In this document: in pieces, positions 49,448 through 58,100 of the stretch | How the letters are laid out: each line of letters opens with the position of its first letter | Position numbering within the stretch: the first letter of the stretch is position 1 | Source of the DNA: a virus | Lineage: Duplodnaviria; Caudoviricetes | IMG/VR virus record: IMGVR_UViG_3300025389_001457 | Location: 1-62,859 of that record | DNA length: 62,859 nt | Direction: 5' to 3' (one strand) | Notes under the pieces: model-generated | Seen by the model: the letters and a program-made list of their open reading frames with translations, nothing else | What the model was told of the DNA's origin: nothing | Database searches by the model: none | Translations under genes and position numbers: made by a program

Positions 49448-50299
49448 ATGAATGATACTACACAGCAGCCACAAAATGAGTTTGGCTTACCGCCAGAAGC
49501 ACTAGATTTTTTACGCAAACAACATATTCATTTCTGCTTACCAATGTATGGTGGTCTTTGTAATGAAGCAACTTTTATTGCAATGATCAAGTTTGGTATT
49601 ATTGCAGGCAAGATGGGACTTAATTATTCAATTGATACAATGGTTAATGAAAGTCTTATTACTCGTGGGCGAAACAACCTTGTTGCAAAGTTCTTGTTTA
49701 ACCAAGCTGCAACACACTTGATGTTTATTGACGTTGATTTAGGATTTGATCCAGAAGCAATTATTCGTTTGCTTCTTGCCAATCAGGATGTTGTTGGCGG
49801 CGTTTATCCAATGAAGCGTATTCCAATTCGTTATGTTATTAACACTGTTCCTAATCCTGCTATTTTAGGTGACCTAGTTGAAGTTTCAACACTTGGAACA
49901 GGATTCATGATGGTCAAGCGTGGGGTTATCGAACAACTAATTGCTCTGCATCCAGAATTAAAATATCGCGATAATATTGGTATTGGTGCGCAATATGAGC
50001 CACTTATGTATGGTTTGTTTGACACAATGATTGATAAGGATGACAACTATCTGAGTGAAGATTGGACATTCTGTTATCTATGGCGTATGGCTGGCGGCAA
50101 GGTATTTGCTGATACAGGCATTAAACTTGACCATACTGGTTATCACAAGTATGAAGGCAATGTTGAAGAACTTAAGAAAGTGCTAACAAATCAAACTTCA
50201 AATGGTGGCCCACATCATCTTGATGCGCCACAAGCAGCACCTGCCGCTCCAACAAACACGCCACAACCTATTAAATTAAAATTAAATAAAAAGGTATAA
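49448..50299 (+). CDS. GT-A fold glycosyltransferase-like protein
   Basis: ESLITRGRN, THLMFIDVD (DxD), GTGFM, YLSEDW.FC. Confidence 0.75.
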   Translation: MNDTTQQPQNEFGLPPEALDFLRKQHIHFCLPMYGGLCNEATFIAMIKFGIIAGKMGLNYSIDTMVNESLITRGRNNLVAKFLFNQAATHLMFIDVDLGFDPEAIIRLLLANQDVVGGVYPMKRIPIRYVINTVPNPAILGDLVEVSTLGTGFMMVKRGVIEQLIALHPELKYRDNIGIGAQYEPLMYGLFDTMIDKDDNYLSEDWTFCYLWRMAGGKVFADTGIKLDHTGYHKYEGNVEELKKVLTNQTSNGGPHHLDAPQAAPAAPTNTPQPIKLKLNKKV

Positions 50300-50310
50300 A
50301 GGATACTTTA

Positions 50311-50790
50311 ATGTCTGATGATTTAGAAACAGTAGAATTTAAAGTTCAATTAAGCAGTTCATGGCATAATGATCCGCCTAAATTTGAAATACTCATCAAT
50401 GATGATATTGTTGAATCAGGCGAAGTTTCTGAATTAGAAAGCGATAGCAATGTAAAAACTATCGCTTTTTCCAGAGATTTACCAGAAGGCGACCACACTT
50501 TAAAAATCAGACTTGTTAATAAAAAACCCAAACATACAGAAGTAGATGATAGTGGTAACATTATTTCTGATCAACTATTACATCTTAAAGAAATTGAACT
50601 TGACGAGATTGAATTAGAATGGTTGGCATATTTCAACGGTAAATTTTATAAACAAATTGGTGCCAAAAGCGGCAAACCAATTTACGAAGATGAACCACTG
50701 CCAGAAAAGTTTAATGTAATTGGTTTAAATGGTGAGTGGCGTCTTGGTTTTAGTGTGCCCACATATATGTGGTTCCTAGAAAACCTATAA
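50311..50790 (+). CDS. hypothetical protein (paralog of 60056)
   Basis: P...I..N, L.I...NK, NG.W...F..P.Y.W. Confidence 0.65.
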   Translation: MSDDLETVEFKVQLSSSWHNDPPKFEILINDDIVESGEVSELESDSNVKTIAFSRDLPEGDHTLKIRLVNKKPKHTEVDDSGNIISDQLLHLKEIELDEIELEWLAYFNGKFYKQIGAKSGKPIYEDEPLPEKFNVIGLNGEWRLGFSVPTYMWFLENL

Positions 50791-50797
50791 ATATTTG

Positions 50798-51925
50798 ATG
50801 TTCATTAATCAGATTATCAGCGAAGCGCCTAAAGTTGGTCGTGCTTTTCAGCACGTAGAAGACCTTGTTCTCATTGAAGGTAGCATGGGCGCTGAAAAAG
50901 CTATTAATCGACTCGCCCAAATTGCAAGCAATCCACAAACCGTGCGTTGGAAATGGGATGGCAAACCTCAAGTCTATTGGGGACGTGAGCCAGATGGTAA
51001 ATTTATTATGGTTGGTCACAATGGTTGGCTAAAACCAGATGGCAGCGGTAAAAGCCAAAGCCCACAAGAATTAGTACGTTTTATCATGAGCACTGGTAAA
51101 GTAGAAGCGGGCAAAGAAGACGAACGCATGCGGTTTGCCAACGAATACGCAAGTTTATGGTCATTGTTTGAAGCTGCAACTCCACAAGATTTTCGTGGCT
51201 ATGTATATGGTGATTTGTTGTTTATGCGCAGACCACCACTAGAAAATAATGCATATACTTTTACACCAAATAATGTAACATATAGCATACCTGCTTCAAC
51301 AGAACTTGGGCAACGAATATCAAAAGCAACTGCAGCAGTCGTAGGACATGCATACTTTCCACAATTTGGCATGGGCGATGACCAACAACAACCTATTGAT
51401 GATTTTACACCATTTAATAAGTCACAAGGCTTGATTGTATTGGGTCCGCGATATGCACAGCAGCCTGTTAAGATTGACACTAAGAAATTGCAAGATTTAC
51501 AAAAATATGTTGCAGCAAATAAAAGCGCAATAGATAATTTCTTGAACGATGAGCGCCTCGCTGCTATGAAAATGGCAAGCTTTAAGGGTGTGCTTTATAA
51601 TTTTAATAATCAAATGGCAAGAGTTGGCAGAACAAGTGATCTTGCAAGCGAATTTACAAATTGGATAAGCAGCGGTAGCAAACAAAATGCAACAATGCAG
51701 CAGAAGATAAAGGATTGGATTGCGCAAAACCAAAAAGGGTTTATTGCTACATTTGCAGTTCTTGAGAACCTACGCAATATTAAAAATGCAATCATTGATC
51801 AATTAGATAGTGAAGGCGGCGATATACAACAAACTACCAAGGGACAAAAGGGCGGAGAAGGTTATGTCAATTATGGCGAACCTAACATTAAACTTGTGCC
51901 TCGTCATCGCTGGACACCAAATTAA
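50798..51925 (+). CDS. ligase-like nucleotidyltransferase with CTS-like N-terminus
   Basis: MFINQIISEA; HVEDL; KWDG (motif I-like), GDLLF, EGYV...K (motif IV/V-like). Confidence 0.6.
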   Translation: MFINQIISEAPKVGRAFQHVEDLVLIEGSMGAEKAINRLAQIASNPQTVRWKWDGKPQVYWGREPDGKFIMVGHNGWLKPDGSGKSQSPQELVRFIMSTGKVEAGKEDERMRFANEYASLWSLFEAATPQDFRGYVYGDLLFMRRPPLENNAYTFTPNNVTYSIPASTELGQRISKATAAVVGHAYFPQFGMGDDQQQPIDDFTPFNKSQGLIVLGPRYAQQPVKIDTKKLQDLQKYVAANKSAIDNFLNDERLAAMKMASFKGVLYNFNNQMARVGRTSDLASEFTNWISSGSKQNATMQQKIKDWIAQNQKGFIATFAVLENLRNIKNAIIDQLDSEGGDIQQTTKGQKGGEGYVNYGEPNIKLVPRHRWTPN

Positions 51926-51939
51926 TACCTATTGACATA

Positions 51940-51960
51940 CCAGATAAATATTTTATCTGG
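51940..51960 (+). promoter_or_regulatory. hairpin containing late promoter TAAATA
   Basis: CCAGATAAA-tat-TTTATCTGG, 8 nt before the ATG. Confidence 0.6.
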
Positions 51961-51968
51961 ATTGTATA

Positions 51969-54900
51969 ATGACCCTAAGCCACCGCACTATCTTTAATGA
52001 AGCACCAAATCCTCATGTTGCATTTGCATTTGGGCGCATGAATCCGCCGCATTTTGGTCACGAAGGGCTTATTAAAACCCTACAAAGTGTAGCAAAAAAA
52101 GGCAGTTGGGCGTTATTTCTAAGTAAAAGCCAAGATGCCAAAAAGAATCCACTTAACTATGAACAAAAAGTTAAATGGGTTAAAGCACTTTATCCACAAA
52201 CACAAGGACATCTCGTTGAAGAACCATCAATCAAAACATTCCTACAAGCAGCCGCATATCTTTATGACAAAGGTTTCCGCAGTGCCACTTTTGTGGCTGG
52301 CGAAGACGACATGGCAAGTATGCGACCAGTATTGGAACAATACAACGGCAAGCAAGTAACACATGGTTTCTATCATTTTGAGCCGCTTTCTTTTATGGAA
52401 AGCCCACGATTAACCTCCGCGACAAATGCACGTGAAGCAGCCAAAAGCGGCGATCCAGAAGCATTTGAACGTGCTACACGTGTGCCACCAAATATCACAG
52501 TAGATGGCAAGACACTTATGCAAGCAGTTCGCATTGGTATGGGACTTGGTGAAAGTGTTGAAGAAAGTATCATCACTGAAAGTTTATCAGTAGAACAACT
52601 TGCTCACATAAGTGATAAAGCACTTGATGACGCTTATCATTATGGGTTATCTACACCTAACAATAACTTTGGTTGGTTGGCAAATATTGAAAGTGCCACT
52701 GCTGCAAAGCGTATGATTGATAGTGGCATTACAGATGTAGAAGCCATTGCCAACGCTATCCACGATGGTTGGAATAAAACTGCTATGGCTGATTATATGG
52801 GCAAGTTGCAGCTAGATACGCCAACCATTCCCGATAAGAAAAAGAAGCGTTATGCTCTTGCCCAACAAACTTATGCACAGTTGCCAGAAGTAGAAAAAGA
52901 AAAAGACCGTGTAGTTGCTCGTGCTATGTTGAAGGCAATGGGTATCGTTACCGAAGCACCAGGCATTGGTGGCGATTGGGGTGATAATCCTAAACTAGTC
53001 AAACGTGGTCGCAAACCATATGAACCCAATAAGGATGATACCTATTACGGCTCTGCCCACGGCACAGACCTTGATTTATATGGTTTGCCAAAATATGAAT
53101 TAGATGAAGACCTAACTCCTGACCAATGGGCAGAGTTGCGCATTACTGATCCAAAAGCCTATATGGGTAATAAGGATTATACTAATCGTCGTTGGTGGAC
53201 TCTGCAGTTTAAGAAGGCTCGTGCTGCTGCCCGTGATCAAGGTGCTAATCGTTTTGAGTTTCCGCCAGGTTCTAAGAACAGTTATATGGTTGCTCCTGAC
53301 TTGGCAAATGAAAATTTAGATGAAGCCGCAGAAAAATCAACCAAAGCCGAAGCCAAGTATCAGGCAATGCCTCGCAATGGTCAGCGTTGTGATTACTGCA
53401 CTATGTGGCGTCCTCCGCATGGTTGTTCGGCTGTTAGTGGCAAGATTGCGGCAAATGGTTGGTGTTCATATTACAAGCGTAGTCATCGTAAAGATTTAGA
53501 TGAAACTATTGAACCAAATAGCAATATGTTAGCAATAGCACAACGTCTCGAAGATTATGCTAATGAACATATTCCACACGAAGACGATGGTTTTGGTGAT
53601 TTTATGTATCACGCAGAACTTATTCGCAAAGGTCATCTTGACATACATCGTGAAGATATGGTGAAGGTTCAACCACGCTATCTTCCGATTATGAAATCTA
53701 TCACAAAGAATGAATTAGTATCAGAATCACAACTTGACGAAGCAGCATCACCAGTGTTGTTCCATTATACAGGCAGTGTGGGTGCAGCATTAAACATTCT
53801 TAAAAACAATGAGTTTATGTTGAGCATTTCTACTGGTAGTGTAGAAGACCAATATGCACCACGTGGTTATAACTATTTCTTATCCACAACACGCAGCAAA
53901 GTAGGTGGATATCACGAGTTTACTGGCGGCACTGCTGTTATGTTCAACCTTGATGGCAATTGGTTCAATCGTCGCTATCCAGTTAAAGCAATTGACTATT
54001 GGGCAGGATTTGATAAGCAAAAGCACAGCGAAAGCGAAGACCGTGTATTCTCACGTGAGCCAACTATACCAGCAGATGCGATTACAGCAGTTCATATCTT
54101 ACTTAAAGAAGCAGGTGAGTTTGCAAGTCCAACTACTCGCCAGTTGATGATTGTAGCAAAGAAGCGTGGATTACCAACCTATCTTTACAGTGATGAAAAT
54201 GCGTGGAAATTACAGGACACCAAGCGAGCAATACCAGTAAGCAAAGCCCAAGATTTAATTCGTGGTCAAAAGAAGACTGGTTATATAAGCACCTTTAATG
54301 GTAAGAAATATCTTGCTCCTTGGTTAGAACTTATCTTTAAGAAGAAACGCAGTGAGTTATCCAAAGAAGCAAATAAACTGCGTTATAGTTTAACCTATTG
54401 GAGCGGTGGTCAGTTTGCTGATGACCTTGGGTTACGTAATGAAATTACCAATGCTCGCAAACCAGGCAACAGTGGCTATGAAGCAGCAACTAAAATTATT
54501 GCAGCAATGCGCAAAATCGGTGCCAATGATGTAAAAGGTTTGCTGACATTCTTGCACAAGAAGTGGGATGCAGAAGCACAACAGCCACTTAAAAGCGACA
54601 ATGATGCACAACGAGCAATTGCTAATATTCGTGCCGATAGTGCTAAAAAAGAAAGTGTTGAAGAAGCACTTGATCCAAATGAAACACACGGTTGGATTTT
54701 GCCTAATCGCAAAGTTGAATATGTTACGAAGGAAGAACATCTGGGATGGCTTTATAGTAAAGACATTGATGGATATGAAGAAGCATTTAAACTTGGATAT
54801 GTGCGTTTTGCAAAAGCAACCGTTTCGTTTTTTGTTCAAGGTTTCTTGCCTGACCTTAAAAAGATGTATCGTGTATATGCACAAACTGCACTTGGATTTA

Positions 54901-55169
54901 AGCATATTGCAGTTGATATAATAGTTGATGAGCGAGGCAGAATTGATAACCAAATTTCATTAGACTACGAAATGCCAAAAGACAAAGCAAAGTTTATAAA
55001 GAAATTTGGACCGCAACAAAATGAACACGCTGGTTCTATCATAGGAACTGTTGGTGGCGGCAATGATTATCCTGACCGTCAAGTAGCTACATTTCCGTGG
55101 GACCGTGAGGTTGAACCAGATGAAAATGGCGCAAAAGTACAGTATCTGAATAAACAACGCAAACTTTAA
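51969..55169 (+). CDS. multidomain polyprotein: HIGH-type nucleotidyltransferase, RyR-like, HiPIP-like, ART-like and other modules
   Basis: FGRMNPPHFGH; IHDGW..Y.QLPE.EKEKDR; YQ.....QRC..C......C..V.G.I...GWC; FHYT..STT..ESE; modules joined by [ILV]xE linkers. Confidence 0.75.
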   Translation: MTLSHRTIFNEAPNPHVAFAFGRMNPPHFGHEGLIKTLQSVAKKGSWALFLSKSQDAKKNPLNYEQKVKWVKALYPQTQGHLVEEPSIKTFLQAAAYLYDKGFRSATFVAGEDDMASMRPVLEQYNGKQVTHGFYHFEPLSFMESPRLTSATNAREAAKSGDPEAFERATRVPPNITVDGKTLMQAVRIGMGLGESVEESIITESLSVEQLAHISDKALDDAYHYGLSTPNNNFGWLANIESATAAKRMIDSGITDVEAIANAIHDGWNKTAMADYMGKLQLDTPTIPDKKKKRYALAQQTYAQLPEVEKEKDRVVARAMLKAMGIVTEAPGIGGDWGDNPKLVKRGRKPYEPNKDDTYYGSAHGTDLDLYGLPKYELDEDLTPDQWAELRITDPKAYMGNKDYTNRRWWTLQFKKARAAARDQGANRFEFPPGSKNSYMVAPDLANENLDEAAEKSTKAEAKYQAMPRNGQRCDYCTMWRPPHGCSAVSGKIAANGWCSYYKRSHRKDLDETIEPNSNMLAIAQRLEDYANEHIPHEDDGFGDFMYHAELIRKGHLDIHREDMVKVQPRYLPIMKSITKNELVSESQLDEAASPVLFHYTGSVGAALNILKNNEFMLSISTGSVEDQYAPRGYNYFLSTTRSKVGGYHEFTGGTAVMFNLDGNWFNRRYPVKAIDYWAGFDKQKHSESEDRVFSREPTIPADAITAVHILLKEAGEFASPTTRQLMIVAKKRGLPTYLYSDENAWKLQDTKRAIPVSKAQDLIRGQKKTGYISTFNGKKYLAPWLELIFKKKRSELSKEANKLRYSLTYWSGGQFADDLGLRNEITNARKPGNSGYEAATKIIAAMRKIGANDVKGLLTFLHKKWDAEAQQPLKSDNDAQRAIANIRADSAKKESVEEALDPNETHGWILPNRKVEYVTKEEHLGWLYSKDIDGYEEAFKLGYVRFAKATVSFFVQGFLPDLKKMYRVYAQTALGFKHIAVDIIVDERGRIDNQISLDYEMPKDKAKFIKKFGPQQNEHAGSIIGTVGGGNDYPDRQVATFPWDREVEPDENGAKVQYLNKQRKL

Positions 55170-55186
55170 AAACGGTAAATATATAA

Positions 55187-58100
55187 ATGAGCGACAAAGA
55201 CCTGATACTTGAAGAAATCCTAAATGAAGTGAATATGAGTCCGTCAGCCCTTCGTGCGGCAGTGGCAAAGATTCCCAATGCCAAGGCAGGTCTTGAATTT
55301 GAACTTATCGTCACTAATCTTGAAGAAGAGGAAGATGATGATTATGATCCATATGAGGACTTTGAATCCGAACCAGACTATGACCAAGATGAGCGTATCT
55401 CTACCGCAAGTTTCAACGCACTAGCACAAGATGTTATGCAGTTCTTTAATGGTGATCACAATAGTCGCCGTGATGTAAACCGTGCGATTGATTTGATGCG
55501 TGAAGCGTGGAGTGATTATATTGAAGGTCCGCTATGGGATAATTATACTAGCGCCCGTATTCAAGATTTTATTGACCAACGCTATGGTCGTGATTATGCT
55601 AATCAAGCAGAGTTATTTAAAGAAATTGATACGATTGATCCATATGAAGAGTTTAAATCACGATATTTCCAAACTTGGGTAGATAATCTTGAAGATGATG
55701 ATAACATAGATGATTATCTTGAACAATTTTTAGAAGACAACTATGGTGGTCAATATATGAGTAATTTGGCAAGTGATAGCAGTCTTGGGCTATCTTGGCC
55801 AGTTTGGACTGAACCTGATTATTATGACCGCAGAACTCGCTCTACTGTTGATGTAGGTGATTTCCGCCGTGCTGTTGGTATGAAGACTATCAAGAGCGGC
55901 TCTTATCACGGTATTACAAAGCCAAATGATGCTTATGTTATTGAACCAGATAGCAGCTTACAACCCACTCGTGGTAAAGGTGGCGAAGGTTTAGAGTTTG
56001 TATCACCACCGCTAGATATTCCAACAATGATTGACCAAATCAATAAGGTCAAGGCGTGGGCAAAAGATGGCAATGCTTATACCAATGATAAAACTGGTCT
56101 GCATATGAACATCTCTATACTAGGTTATAAGTTAGATAAACTTGATTATGTTAAACTTGCGTTATTTTTAGGCGACAAGTATATTCTTGAAAAGTTTGGT
56201 CGTCTTGGCAACTCTTATGCTCGCAGTGCATTTGAACAGATTGCTTCATTCATTAAACAAAATCCAGAAAAGGCTAATAAAGCCGTTGATGCGATGCGTC
56301 AGAATTTAAACCTAGTAGCATCCAAACTTATTCATAGCGGTTATACTAACAAGTTTACAAGTATCAATACAAAAGATAATCGTGTAGAGTTCCGTTCTCC
56401 AGGCGGCAACTGGCTTGATATGGATACTGATGAAGTAGTGAATACGCTGCTTCGTGTTGTATATGCAATGAACATTGCTCTTGACCCAGAAGCAGAACGC
56501 AAAGAGTATCAAAAGAAATTTTCAAAGCTACTTACTGCTGATAAGAAAGATGAAACTGATACTATCAAGTATTTCACACAATTTGCAACAGGTAATATGC
56601 CTCGTTCTGCACTTATAAGTTTTGTTAAAACAGCGCAAAGCAAGCGTGATTTTGCAAAGAAAGCAAAAGCAGAAAAACCAAATGATCCGTATGCTAAACA
56701 ACAGGGCGATGATACACCGTATGTTGATTATACAGGTATGGCTGGCATTACATTCCAAATTATTAGTCGTGTAACTGGCGAAGAATTAGAATCATTCGTA
56801 GTATCACCAAGACTAACTTATAGTGATGTATATGATATTGCCACACGTAAAGTGCGAGCAAGTGGTCGTTCATTTGACCTAGTAGCGTTAAAAGATACTC
56901 GTGACGGTGAAGTAAGTGATATTCTAACACGTGAGCCAATACACAACACTGTATCCCCATCAACACCATCCATACAACCAATGTATGTTATCCGCAGAGC
57001 AAACACACAACAGGCTGTATCACAGTTTCGTGCGCCAGATAATGAGCAAGCACGTGATATTGCTACACGTATGGCACGTGAATATGGTTATCGTGATAGT
57101 GATTGGTTTTTATCCCTTGCAAGTGATGATACAAATAGACCAATACCTGGTGCGGGTACACAAGCATTACAATTGCCCAGTGGTGGTGCAGCAACCTATG
57201 TTGTTGTAAACCGTAGCGATGGCACAGAATTATTAACAACACAAGCACAAAGTTTTTACGCAGCAACGCAAGCAGCCCAAAGATTTGCGCAAGAACGTAG
57301 TCTACCATTAGCAAGTATTGCTATAAGATCACCAAACAACAATAATCTATGGGATACGCAAGGTCAACTAATTCCTCAACCAAGCCCACAACCAGAACAA
57401 CCTCGCCAATATACACAAGCAGAAATTGATCGTGGTTATGATATTACGGGCAATGCTATTCCAGCAAACGCAACAGCAACATCTTCTAACATTACTGCAA
57501 CCGAAGGTGTAAAATACCAAATCATTGCCAGAGGTGGCGTAGTCCACGAGTTCCGTGCAGCATCACCTCGTGGTGCTGAACGCTATGCTGAATCTTGGTC
57601 AAATGAACATCTTGGTGATGAGAGTTATGAAGTTCAACTTGCTCCACGCAGCGAAAGTATTGAAGAAAGTATCCTAAATGAAATCAATATGAGTCCTACA
57701 TCTCTTGAAAAATTTGCCGATACACCATTTGCCAAGAGTATGAAAGTTGGTTTTGAAACTGAAATGTATATTCCTGGTCTTGGCGGCGAAGAAGGCGAAG
57801 AGGAAGAAGAAGAGGATATGGATGCCAACGAAGAGTTTCCAAGCAGTGCATCCTATCGTGATCGTCAGCGTGATGTTATGAACTTCTTTAGTGGCAATTA
57901 CAATACTCGCCGTGATGTCGAAAGTGCGTTAGATGCGTTATATGAAGCATTTAGTGAATATCAGTATGAAACCTATGATAATGAATTTGAAGGCACTGAT
58001 GATTACAATGACGCAGTTCAAGAAGAATTAGGCGATACGCCTATGGGCGAAGCAAGTGAGCGAGAACTTGATGATGCCAAAGATAATGTTCGCACCGCTT

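Noticed and set aside
54432-55314. Several overlapping ORFs within the polyprotein genes
   Set aside because: Antisense or alternate-frame shadows with no start signals or recognisable motifs.
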